A DNA stretch of 64,000 nt from Patescibacteria group bacterium (GTDB lineage: Bacteria; Patescibacteriota; Doudnabacteria; UBA920). The DNA lies in the NCBI GenBank assembly GCA_036726225.1, contig DAIMCS010000004.1:21829-85828 (forward strand). Direction: 5' to 3'. Positions 19,371 through 28,222 of this stretch are shown piece by piece (within the stretch, counting starts at the first letter, position 1; the number at the start of each line of letters is the position of its first letter). The notes under the pieces were generated by a model that saw only the letters and a list, made by a program, of their open reading frames with translations, was not told the origin of the DNA and made no database searches. The translations under genes and the position numbers were made by a program.

Positions 19371-19763
19371 TTACGGAGCCAGATCCAGCCCGCCACAGTG
19401 GAAGTAAATCGCATTGATGAAGTTCCTCTGATTGCGGAATCCGCGTGCCGTGTACTTCACCCACTGGATCTTGGCGTTCAAGGATTCGCTGGCCGCATTG
19501 GTGATCCGATGTTTGATAAACGTCAGAATATTTTCGAGACGACGTTTCAGCATGCGACCGGCTTCGATCATTGGCTTCAAGCGGCAGCGTGAAGCCCAGC
19601 TATACCAGCGGTCGAAGAATGACCGTGCCGCTCCGGTATAAACATACGTGAACAGGGTCGTGTAGTACTTGCGGAAGCAGTGGATGGCTGTTGGCCACCG
19701 GTTTGGGCTGCCATTCAGCAGAACGAAGCGTTCGGTAAATCCCTTATCGAAGATGTCGCTCAT
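19371..19763 (-). pseudogene. ISL3-family transposase C-terminal fragment
   Basis: WYSWASRCRLKPM, ITNAASESLNAKIQWVKYTARGFRNQRNFINAIYFHCGGL match the DDE_Tnp_ISL3 C-terminal region. It lies upstream on the strand of the N-terminal fragment, so the two pieces are not contiguous. Confidence 0.65.
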
Positions 19764-19908
19764 GGCAACTTTTTCGGAAGACAGGCTAATTCGTTGCCGT
19801 CGACTGAGGTTGAACTTGCGGATCTATACATTTGGGTGGTCCGGCGATATCCATATAGCGTCGAGCTCTGTCAGCAGTAGCCGGTCCCGTTCCTGCAAGA
19901 CTAATCCA

Positions 19909-21315
19909 TCATTGCCAGTCATCCAGCGCCTCCTCGGTGGACAGCGCCAAGGCGGCCCTGACGTTGATATCGTGCTCGATCTCTGAGCGGGGCATGGCCC
20001 ATCGTCCACGGCATCGCGAAAGCAAATCTCCAGAGGAGGGCAATGCCTTGATCTCCGGCACTTGAATTTGCGACCAGCGATAGGAGCCGCTTTTGACAAT
20101 CATTTGACGGTGAGGCAGGTGGCGGAGCAGTTCAGATAGCTGCTTTCCGCCACCCAGGGCTGATGCCATCTTGCTGGCATCATCGCTGGAAAGCTGAAAC
20201 AGAACGTGCGTGCCGACAGCAAGGATTGCGGCCTTCATCTGCGGTGGATATTGCTCCAAGAATTGGTTGGCCGAGACGACTGAAATGCCGAACTTCCTGG
20301 CTTCGGACAACAGTGTGTCGATGCCGGCGTCGAAGGTCACGAGATTCTGGATTTCGTCGCAATAGAGCGTAAAAACCCTCCTCGATTTTCTTCGAAAAAT
20401 CGCATGCTTGAGCTTGGCAAGAAATAGGCTGCCCAAGGTCGACGCCTGTTCGCCCAAACGGCCTTTGTCCAGGTTGAGAATGATCCAGTAGCCGTTATCC
20501 ATCGCATCGAGTAGAGAAAAACTCGAGTGCTCCTGACCCAAGATGTGGCGAAAGTGCGGGTCCGCGGTAAACGCCGTCGTCTTATTCAACACCGCCTCCC
20601 TAAATGCAGCCTGCATCCCCTCGCTGATTCGGTCATATCGCGTCTCGAAATATCGGCGGACTTCAGGATTGCGAACATGCTCCAGGCATGCTGTCCGAAA
20701 GGCGGAATGAGTCAGCAGCGGTGCGATCTCAAGGAACGTGAGACGGCTTTCCGACAAGACATACAGTGCGTTCCTGAGCAGCTCTTCTGTCCTGGCCCCC
20801 AACGCGTCCAGATGCCAGCGTTGTTTCAGTATCTGTGCGAACTCCGAAATCTGGACGAAATTGGAATCGGCTGCTTTGGGCTGTTCGAGGACATTGAGAC
20901 CGACGGAGTAGCGGGGATCACCCGGTTCGATGACGATCAGCTTTTGAGTTAGGTCCTCATTACGCGATCGTTCCCTTTGCGCGATGGCCGCGAGCAGGAA
21001 GCTTTGAGCGTCGCCATGGAGATCGAAGAAGACAAAACCGCGATTGGCCTCGATGTCCTGCAAAACAAAATGTTTGAGCAGAGTCGACTTGCCCGTGCCC
21101 GTCTTGCCCAACACAGCGATGTGCTCCGGCCGACGAGCGTGCGGTAACAACGACATTGAAGGATGGAGCGGCAGTATGCTGGCCCGTCCCAGTTTGGATC
21201 GTCTCCGCGACGATGCGACAAAAGGAAGTTTTGATGCCGTACTGCTCAATGATGTAGACCGCCTAGCCCGCGATGTTGCGCATTTGGGAATAATCAAGCG
21301 GGGTTTCGAGAGCAA
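19909..21315 (-). CDS. TraD/TraG/VirD4-like conjugative coupling-type P-loop ATPase (soluble form lacking an N-terminal TM domain)
   Basis: Walker A LGKTGTGKST; Walker B-like FVFFDLHGDA; C-terminal LYCDEIQNL...ARKFGISVVSANQ typical of the T4SS DNA-transfer (TraD/HerA-like) ATPase domain. Confidence 0.55.
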   Translation of the reverse strand: MLSKPRLIIPKCATSRARRSTSLSSTASKLPFVASSRRRSKLGRASILPLHPSMSLLPHARRPEHIAVLGKTGTGKSTLLKHFVLQDIEANRGFVFFDLHGDAQSFLLAAIAQRERSRNEDLTQKLIVIEPGDPRYSVGLNVLEQPKAADSNFVQISEFAQILKQRWHLDALGARTEELLRNALYVLSESRLTFLEIAPLLTHSAFRTACLEHVRNPEVRRYFETRYDRISEGMQAAFREAVLNKTTAFTADPHFRHILGQEHSSFSLLDAMDNGYWIILNLDKGRLGEQASTLGSLFLAKLKHAIFRRKSRRVFTLYCDEIQNLVTFDAGIDTLLSEARKFGISVVSANQFLEQYPPQMKAAILAVGTHVLFQLSSDDASKMASALGGGKQLSELLRHLPHRQMIVKSGSYRWSQIQVPEIKALPSSGDLLSRCRGRWAMPRSEIEHDINVRAALALSTEEALDDWQ

Positions 21316-22374
21316 ACACGTTCAGTTGGTCTTTCGCAAATTGCCTTCAGACAACAGTCCCACGTACAACCTGATGGTCAATATCCTCGGCAGTTTCGCT
21401 GAGTTCGAGCGGGAACAAATTCTTGATCGAATGCGCCGAGGCAAACGCCACAAGGTGGAGGTCCGAAAACAATATGTCGGCTGCATCGCTCCTTACGGCT
21501 ATCGATACCAAGTCGGTAGTGCAACGGTCGGCCGCGAAGCTCAGATCGAGATCATCTCCAAGGAAGCCGAAGCCGTAAAGAAGATTTACACTTGGGCATC
21601 GGCGGGCATTTCAATGAAAAGAATTGCACGCAACCTCGACGAATTGGGTGTGCCAACACGAACTGGCAGGCCCGCCTGGGCTGCCAGCATCGTTCATCGG
21701 ATCCTCCATAACGAAACGTATGCTGGTGTCTGGTCCTACTGCAAACTGGAGGCATGCGAACCGATCCGTCCAAAAATCCGCACTACATATAGACGCATTT
21801 CGCGCTCGAGTCGTCGGCGGATGCGCTGGAATCGATTATGTGGACGTCCCTACGGGAGGCTCTTTTGAACCCGAAACACTTGAAGCAGCGAATTCTCAGG
21901 GCGCGAAACCGGATTGCAAAGGAAGGCGCTGCGGCCACTAAGACCCAAACTTCCGTTGAAAAGCTCGACGAAGACACTCGTCTGATCCAGCGCTATCGCT
22001 CCGGTGTCATCACAGCGCAAGAATTAACAAATGGTCTCGAGGCTATAAAAGCTCGTCGTCAGGAGCATCGAGCCGATCATTCCAATAAGCAGAGTCGAAA
22101 TCACCCATGGCCCGGGATTACAAAGATGTGTCGTCGCTTGGCAAAACGACTGGAAGATCCCGCGCCAGCATCGCGCCAACAAATATTCCGGGACTTAATC
22201 GACGAAGCTACGGTCTTTGTCGATGAGGTGAGAATCCGCGGCAAGATTACCGCTGAGTCTCTGAGCGGTAGTACGGTCGTTAACCAAATGGCAGGAACAC
22301 GCGAAAATCTGATGGCGATTCAATCTGCGAATGAATTGTCTTGTGAGATTGCATCATCTCAATCAAGGTTTTAG
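21176..22374 (+). pseudogene. Large serine recombinase, 5'-truncated and frameshifted
   Basis: Frame A (to 21868) has the resolvase-domain C-terminal half (LDRLRDD, DRLARDVAHLGIIKRGFESKHVQLVF, ILGSFAEFEREQILDRMRRGKR) and the recombinase domain. Frame B (21838-22374) has the coiled-coil tail. The catalytic-Ser N-terminus is missing and overlaps the TraD-like gene. Confidence 0.6.
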
Positions 22375-22526
22375 TGACTGAAAAGGCTTATGCTTCGGGT
22401 TCGTTTAACTGGACAGCGGCGGCAACCAATTTGAATGACGAAGTGCTGGAAATAGGTTATGATGAAGCCGTGAGGCAAAAATACCAAAATATTTTGGAAG
22501 AAATATTTAAAAAATATAATAACTAA
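22374..22526 (+). pseudogene. C-terminal fragment of the same PLD/Nuc-family gene (carries the GSxNxT part of the HKD motif)
   Basis: Translation TEKAYASGSFNWTAAATNLNDEVLEIGYDEAVRQKYQNILEEIFKKYNN begins exactly at the island's right edge. Confidence 0.6.
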
Positions 22527-22536
22527 CCTAAACAAT

Positions 22537-22797
22537 ATGACGAATGATTTTTTGAAACAAGATATTTTCTTTTTCGTTACAACTATTGCGGTAATAATCC
22601 TCACCCTGCTTGTGTCAATTTTAATAATTTATTTTATTAAAATTTCCAGGGACGTAAAATATCTGCTGACCAAGGCAAGGACTGGCGCAGATATAATAGC
22701 AGACGATATGTCCGACCTTCGCGATAATATTAAAGCCGAAGGTTTTAAGCTTAAATACTTGTTCAGGTTTTTGAGCCGCTTAAAGAAAAAAAGATAG
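22537..22797 (+). CDS. Small membrane protein (DUF948-like)
   Basis: Single N-terminal TM helix then a charged helical tail, 86 aa; often paired with YtxH-like genes. Confidence 0.45.
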   Translation: MTNDFLKQDIFFFVTTIAVIILTLLVSILIIYFIKISRDVKYLLTKARTGADIIADDMSDLRDNIKAEGFKLKYLFRFLSRLKKKR

Positions 22798-22807
22798 CTT
22801 TAAATTT

Positions 22808-23179
22808 ATGACAAAATCATCTTCAGTAGGCAGGGTAGCAGCAGGTTTAGGCATTGCGGCTTTAGCAGCCACAGCTGCCGCAGCTTACTATTTCTCCGGA
22901 TCTTCGGGTAAAAAACACCGCAGGCAAATAAGCGCGTGGGCAAAAAAGGCCAAAGCGGAAATGGTGGGTGAAATTAAAAAAATGAAAGTTGTCAGCAAGT
23001 CAGCTTACGAAAAAGCAGCCAAAGAGGTAATGGCAAAATATAAGCAAGCCAAAAACGTTAAGCCCGAAGAACTCGCCGCTTTAGGCAGAGAACTTAAGGG
23101 CCACTGGAATAAAATTTCAAAAACTGTTTCGGCGCTTGGCAAAAAGAAAGAGGCCGTTAATAAAAAAAGATCCCCTTAA
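22808..23179 (+). CDS. YtxH-like protein
   Basis: Gly/Ala-rich hydrophobic N-terminus (GLGIAALAATAAAAYYFSGSSGKK) then a Lys/Glu-rich coiled region, typical of the YtxH family. Confidence 0.5.
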   Translation: MTKSSSVGRVAAGLGIAALAATAAAAYYFSGSSGKKHRRQISAWAKKAKAEMVGEIKKMKVVSKSAYEKAAKEVMAKYKQAKNVKPEELAALGRELKGHWNKISKTVSALGKKKEAVNKKRSP

Positions 23180-23196
23180 GGGGATCTTTTTTTGCT
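23165..23196. terminator. Bidirectional rho-independent terminator
   Basis: aaaaaaagatcccc-ttaa-ggggatctttttttg: 9-bp perfect stem, A-run before and T-run after, between convergent genes. Confidence 0.75.
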
Positions 23197-26087
23197 TATT
23201 CCGCTTTTAGCATAAAGTGCGTTGGCACAACTTTGCCGTTATGTTTAAATTCTCCAAAAATATGGTACGCACCCGGGCCGGGGAAAGTTAATCGGGACTC
23301 AATATTGGGGCCGAATTTTTCCGGCAAAAATAAATGTTGGGTATGAATGCCGGTGCCTAATATTTTATTAAGGCCGGATTTCGGCAACCAGCCGTGAGTG
23401 TGCATAAACTTTGACAAATCTTCTTTTATAATACTTATATGCATTGGCGAATTTAAATAGGCCTGCAAATCTGTAACCGGATTGTCGGCTTTTTTTATAT
23501 TGTATTGTAAAATAATTTCTTCTCCGGATTTTATTTTGGCCGGTGATGTTTTTAAAGCTACCTGGTAACTATTGAAATTTTTTGATAACGAAAAATCTTT
23601 TTGTAAATTTGCTTGCAGGCTTAATCCGCCAACATTAACAAAAAAGCTTTCGACAAAAAGTTTAGACCTCACGGTAAAATCTACGGCAACTAAATATTTG
23701 CCGGCTTTTGGAAAAACATAACTAATGGGAAATTTTCCCTGCTTAATCATTTCTTCGCTAACAGGATTAAGGTCTTCCACATGCAGGTGGCTAAATACGC
23801 TAAAATCCTCAGAAACAACAACAGCGTGCAATATTCGGTCATGATCCAAATTCAGCTCCCCTACCGGCTGACCGGTAAAGTCCCTAATGTTGAAAACTAA
23901 AATAGCAGGTTTGCCGGCTTCAAACTCTTTAGGCTCTATGCTTAAACCTGCTTGAGCCTGAACCGGGCGGATAAAATATAAAAATTCCCGTATGTCAGCA
24001 AAATGGTATTGACCGAGCCCATTGCCAACCATACAGCCCGGCACGGCAATATCTGAGGTTGCCTGTCCGGCCCTTTGGGGCACATTTTCGTGCCAAACAA
24101 AAAAAGTTTGGTTGGCATTTTTTTCGCATAAAATTTGAAAATCGCTTTTAAACAAAGTAACATTGTGTCTGCCCCCCAAGAAAGACAGAACAAACAGACC
24201 AAAAACCAAAGGCACGCTCCACGCTCCCCTGTCGTACAATAAGCTTATAGGTGTTGGGTTACTGGTAATAGTTTGTGGTTGCCCAGATAATTCGTTTAAC
24301 CGATCACCATGGCGATACAAAAAAACAGCTGTCAGTAAAATTAAAAGCGCTATAAAAATATTTATCATCTCAAAACGGTCAAAGCTCCTGTCTTGAGAAT
24401 GCGCTTTGGCAAAATCTATTTCCCCAGGATAATTTACCGCAAAAGAAGCCACTGCATCGTAAGCGCTCGGTCTTTGTGCGGTAATATCAATTTTCCATAC
24501 CCCCTGCGGGCTTAGCAGCTCTTGGTCAAAAACAAAACCACCTAAAAAACGCTGCTCAATAGGAACTATTACCGGCCCAATGTTTTTTTCAGAGTTAGTT
24601 AAAGTTATGGTTAATTTGTGAATATCGGGACTTGTCTTACTATTAGCAGACGTCAAAGTAACTAAAAATTTGCTTAGCTCATAAGGATGCTGAGTTAAAC
24701 TAATATTAATCCCCTGGCTTTGTTGCTGTTTTAAAAAACTATAATGGGGTGCAATGGGCGGCGTTGTGATAATTAAATTACCGGTAACTAAAAGTATAAA
24801 AATACCCATGCCCGCCTCGAAACTCAAGATTATTGGCAGCCAGGAAGCAATAACTTTTTTCTTTAGCCAAAGCTGGCTTAATATACGGGCGGCAAACAAA
24901 GCGGCCGCGAAAATACTTAAAATAATAAATTTTTCTCCCCACGAAGTGCTCAAAACGTTACCAAAACTTTTTAAATGCAGCCAAATAACATAAACCCCGG
25001 TCACCCCTGAAACTGCCAGGGAAATGGCAACAATTTTGGAAAAACTCGTAAGGATAAAAAGCGAAATTTTGGCATTTTTTAATTTGCCAACAACCGGCGA
25101 CAGCAAAATTAACAAAGCCAAAACTCCGCCAATCCATAAATCTTTAAAGTACAAATGGACAAAATTAATAAAAATTGAAAGCTCGGGATAAAAAGCAGAC
25201 GCCGCCGCGTGGCTTACTCTGGCCCTGGCGAGCGCAACAAAAGCTAAAAGTAAAAATAAAAATACTTCCGTTTTGCTAATTTTTTCATTAAGCAAAATTT
25301 TCTTTCGGGCTGACCAAAAAACTAAAAAGAAAGTTATAATGGCAAGCATCCGGTAAAAAGTATACTTGGCCGAAACCGTGGAAAAAAATAACCAAAAAGT
25401 ATGGCTAATAGTTGATTGCTGCAGCTCTGCAAGCTGATTAGTTTTTAAAATAAAGTAAACTATTCCCCCGCCCAGGACTAAAAGCGTTGCTGCAACCAAA
25501 GCAAAGCTTAATCTTTTTTGTAATAATCCTTCTGTAAGCTCAAGCTCTGCGCTAAAATATTTCCTTCTGGCCGGACGCCAAATAAAGACAATTACTAACA
25601 AAACTCCCAAAGCCAAAGCTTCACCTAAAAGCTCAATGCCAACTGTTAAGCCTTCCGGAACAGAAGAAATATGCCTAACTTCTACGCTTTGAGAAACACT
25701 AGCTGCATTTACCGATGTCTGCCCAACGGAAAAAACAAAAGCGCCTTTGGTAAAATGGCCATCATCTGCGGAAACTACCTGCCAGGAAACAGCGTAGCTG
25801 CCTTCACCGGCGTTTTTTAAACCGACAACAAACAACCTGTTGTCTTTTGAGTCAACGTGTGCGTCGTTATTGTCTGCCCTGCTGCCGTCCGGGGCAAAAA
25901 CAAAAATACTACCGGCTTTTGCTTCCAGCCTTTCGCTAAAACGGATTCTAACTTCAACGGGCGCTTTTAAAACCACCGAAGAAGCTTCGGGTTGGTAGGA
26001 AAAAGGCGTAGCATGGGCAAAAGCCCGGCCAAACGGAAACAAACAAAGCAAAACAAAAAAAGCAGCTTTAAAAAATTTAGCGCTCAT
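23196..26087 (-). CDS. Copper transport/resistance protein, CopC-CopD fusion (YcnJ-like) with a large C-terminal extracytoplasmic extension
   Basis: Signal peptide ending FAHA so the mature N-terminus is His. CopC-like domain (ASSVVLKAPVEVRIRFSERLEAKAGSIFVF...YAVSWQVVSADDGHFTKGAFVFSV). Then about 10 TM helices (CopD-like) and a ~400-aa C-terminal region with His motifs (SHLHVED, MHTHGW). Confidence 0.75.
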   Translation of the reverse strand: MSAKFFKAAFFVLLCLFPFGRAFAHATPFSYQPEASSVVLKAPVEVRIRFSERLEAKAGSIFVFAPDGSRADNNDAHVDSKDNRLFVVGLKNAGEGSYAVSWQVVSADDGHFTKGAFVFSVGQTSVNAASVSQSVEVRHISSVPEGLTVGIELLGEALALGVLLVIVFIWRPARRKYFSAELELTEGLLQKRLSFALVAATLLVLGGGIVYFILKTNQLAELQQSTISHTFWLFFSTVSAKYTFYRMLAIITFFLVFWSARKKILLNEKISKTEVFLFLLLAFVALARARVSHAAASAFYPELSIFINFVHLYFKDLWIGGVLALLILLSPVVGKLKNAKISLFILTSFSKIVAISLAVSGVTGVYVIWLHLKSFGNVLSTSWGEKFIILSIFAAALFAARILSQLWLKKKVIASWLPIILSFEAGMGIFILLVTGNLIITTPPIAPHYSFLKQQQSQGINISLTQHPYELSKFLVTLTSANSKTSPDIHKLTITLTNSEKNIGPVIVPIEQRFLGGFVFDQELLSPQGVWKIDITAQRPSAYDAVASFAVNYPGEIDFAKAHSQDRSFDRFEMINIFIALLILLTAVFLYRHGDRLNELSGQPQTITSNPTPISLLYDRGAWSVPLVFGLFVLSFLGGRHNVTLFKSDFQILCEKNANQTFFVWHENVPQRAGQATSDIAVPGCMVGNGLGQYHFADIREFLYFIRPVQAQAGLSIEPKEFEAGKPAILVFNIRDFTGQPVGELNLDHDRILHAVVVSEDFSVFSHLHVEDLNPVSEEMIKQGKFPISYVFPKAGKYLVAVDFTVRSKLFVESFFVNVGGLSLQANLQKDFSLSKNFNSYQVALKTSPAKIKSGEEIILQYNIKKADNPVTDLQAYLNSPMHISIIKEDLSKFMHTHGWLPKSGLNKILGTGIHTQHLFLPEKFGPNIESRLTFPGPGAYHIFGEFKHNGKVVPTHFMLKAE

Positions 26088-26090
26088 AAT

Positions 26091-26642
26091 TTAATATCTT
26101 TTTTTGCTTTTTACAAAACTGTAGGAACCCAAAATTAAACCAAAACCTAAAATGCCGACTATTGCTCCGCCGGCAAAATTAGCCCAATCTTTTTTGGAGT
26201 TTTTAGGCGGTTGTTCGTAGTAAGCCTGTAAAACATCAAGTTTAAAGGCCGCTTCGGCGATTGATTCATCCCCCGTCTTGTAACGCACTCTAAACTTGTA
26301 AGTCCCCCCTTTAGGGAAAGTATATATCCAGGTATTGGGGCCCTCGGGCTTGGTTTTTATGCTGCCGTAAAAAGTAATAGGCTCCGGTTCCTGGCCAATA
26401 TCGACCACTACTTCACTAAAGCTCACCGGATTATTGTTTGAGCTTTGATACAATTGAAAATCAAACAAAGTTGGCTCGCCTGCAACCGGTGTTGGCATTA
26501 AGGAGTCGTAGCCCACATCTACCAAATAACCGTCTACCTTCTGATTTAGCGACTGCCCAATAGCGTGGGCTAAAACCGAAGTTGCAAAAAGCAAACAAAA
26601 TCCAAAAATAACAAATATTTTTTTAATATTATTTAATTTCAT
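26091..26642 (-). CDS. Secreted, C-terminally membrane-anchored protein whose predicted mature N-terminus is His (YcnI/DUF1775-like)
   Basis: Signal peptide ...SVLA|HAIGQ; beta-rich ectodomain; C-terminal TM (GAIVGILGFGLILGSY) then KSKKRY. Confidence 0.4.
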   Translation of the reverse strand: MKLNNIKKIFVIFGFCLLFATSVLAHAIGQSLNQKVDGYLVDVGYDSLMPTPVAGEPTLFDFQLYQSSNNNPVSFSEVVVDIGQEPEPITFYGSIKTKPEGPNTWIYTFPKGGTYKFRVRYKTGDESIAEAAFKLDVLQAYYEQPPKNSKKDWANFAGGAIVGILGFGLILGSYSFVKSKKRY

Positions 26643-26663
26643 AACCGCCTCAAACTCAAAAAT

Positions 26664-27380
26664 TTAAGGATTTTTTTGGCCTCTAAAAAACCCGCGACCT
26701 GAAGCAGCCAAGCTTACTGCTGCCAAAGCTAAAGCAGCAATCGCCAAACCCTTGGAACCGGAACCGGATTCTGCGGCTGCGGCATTGACCTTTGAATTTA
26801 ATTCATTATTGGTCACTGCGCTTTCCGGAAATCCCAAGTCCGCCTTGGCTGTTGGACAGCCAAAAGCCCCGGCTGCCTCAATGCGCAAAACCCCTTCAGA
26901 CACCCTAACCTCACTTTTATCCTCAGCTGCCTGCGGGTGGCCTGCGGGGTTACAAGTCCAGGTATAGTCAAAAGGAATGCTATCAATAGCCCCAAACAAT
27001 CGGTAACTAAAAGTAGTTTGAACTGTTGGAATAAAATTAGCCTTATACGCGCCCGGGGTATTGTAGACCGGGCTGATGTCTAATATTTTTTTCTTTCCTG
27101 ACGCTATTAGCTCAACTTTTAATGTTTTATCTAAGCCTACCACAGGCGTTGTAGTATGATCATCCTCTAAATGCCCGGCCATGTTAGCCACACGTAAATC
27201 AAGACCGGTTTTGTCGTCTACGGCAACCGGCTCATTGAGTGAGCCTATTGTGAATGAATACACTTTTCCATTAATCTCAAACACCGTGTGGCCGTGTGCT
27301 AAGACATTAGCCGGAGCAAGCATTAACAAACTAAACAAAAAAACCAAAAAACTGCAGAAATATTTTTTCATTTTACACAT
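26664..27380 (-). CDS. Second secreted protein whose predicted mature N-terminus is His, with a C-terminal TM anchor (YcnI/DUF1775-like)
   Basis: Signal peptide ...NVLA|HGHTVFEING; C-terminal anchor GLAIAALALAAVSLAASG. Confidence 0.4.
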   Translation of the reverse strand: MCKMKKYFCSFLVFLFSLLMLAPANVLAHGHTVFEINGKVYSFTIGSLNEPVAVDDKTGLDLRVANMAGHLEDDHTTTPVVGLDKTLKVELIASGKKKILDISPVYNTPGAYKANFIPTVQTTFSYRLFGAIDSIPFDYTWTCNPAGHPQAAEDKSEVRVSEGVLRIEAAGAFGCPTAKADLGFPESAVTNNELNSKVNAAAAESGSGSKGLAIAALALAAVSLAASGRGFFRGQKNP

Positions 27381-27474
27381 CCCTTATTGATTATTTATAT
27401 TACTTGTATTATACACGTTAGCCTAAACCAATAAAAGATGCTAAACTGAAAAAACAAATAATTAAACTAACAAA

Positions 27475-28107
27475 ATGTCTGACAATAAAACAGTGCTAAC
27501 AAGTACGTTAAAAGCCTGGGCGCCCCTGGCCGTTGTAATTGTAATTTTCGCAGGGCTAATTTACGCCACGGCGCAGCAAAACTACCGCCAAAATGCTAAC
27601 GACCCCCAAATCCAACTCGCCCGTGATGTGGCAGACGCCATTTTACAGGGAACGCCGGCTGACGCTATAGTCCCCCAAGTGGGCAACACAGACCTTAAAA
27701 AAAGCCTTTCCCCTTTTCTCATAATTTTTGACGCTTCGGGCAAACCGCTTGGCTCTTCTGCAATATTAAATGGCCAAAATCCCGAATATCCAATTGGTAT
27801 GCTTGAAGAAGCCAAAAAGACCGGTGAGCACCGTGCAACTTGGCAGCCCGAACCCGGAGTGAGAATTGCTGCAGTAGTGGTGCATTATAGTGACAAAGAC
27901 CAGTCTGGCTATGTGGTAGCCGGCCGCTCGCTTACAGAAATAGAAGCCCGGGTTGCTAAAATAGCTGCCCTGGTCGCTATGGCCTCTGCCGCTGCCTTAA
28001 TTATTAGCTTGCTGTTAATTTTTATATTTAAAAAATTATGTAAAAACTGCCTCCCACAGCACCATCAACACACGGAAATAACTATAGATTCAACTAAGGA
28101 AGTCTAA
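27475..28107 (+). CDS. Hypothetical membrane protein (N- and C-terminal TM helices, His-rich tail QHHQH)
   Basis: Hydropathy pattern and ORF context only. Confidence 0.45.
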   Translation: MSDNKTVLTSTLKAWAPLAVVIVIFAGLIYATAQQNYRQNANDPQIQLARDVADAILQGTPADAIVPQVGNTDLKKSLSPFLIIFDASGKPLGSSAILNGQNPEYPIGMLEEAKKTGEHRATWQPEPGVRIAAVVVHYSDKDQSGYVVAGRSLTEIEARVAKIAALVAMASAAALIISLLLIFIFKKLCKNCLPQHHQHTEITIDSTKEV

Positions 28108-28114
28108 TTATCCC

Positions 28115-28208
28115 TGTCATTGCCGCGTCGTCACACCTTTTTGCATAAAAAAGGTGTGACGACGCGGCAATCTTAAAATAGATTGCTTCGGATGCACTCG
28201 CAATGACA
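28115..28208. repeat. ~94-bp palindromic element with TGTCATTGC... / ...GCAATGACA termini and an internal perfect 19-bp hairpin
   Basis: tgtcattgccgcgtcgtcacacc-tttttgcataaaaa-ggtgtgacgacgcggcaat ... gcactcgcaatgaca; related to the element at 45928-46026. Confidence 0.5.
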
Positions 28209-28222
28209 CTAAATCTAAAATC

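Larger units (their letters stand above)
15855..22374. mobile_element. About 6.5 kb GC-rich horizontally acquired island (decayed IS/conjugative-element remnant) inserted in the PLD-family gene
   Basis: Abrupt composition shift at both ends; split target gene on both flanks; carries transposase fragments, a TraD-like ATPase and a serine recombinase fragment. Confidence 0.65.

Noticed and set aside
15855-22374. The GC-rich block as a chimeric assembly or contaminant join.
   Set aside because: The same PLD-family gene resumes on the far side (GSFNWT fragment), which a random chimeric join would not produce. Read-level confirmation is still advisable.
22371-22604. 77-aa minus-strand ORF spanning the island/PLD junction.
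   Set aside because: Antisense to the PLD C-terminal fragment and DUF948 gene start. No support.
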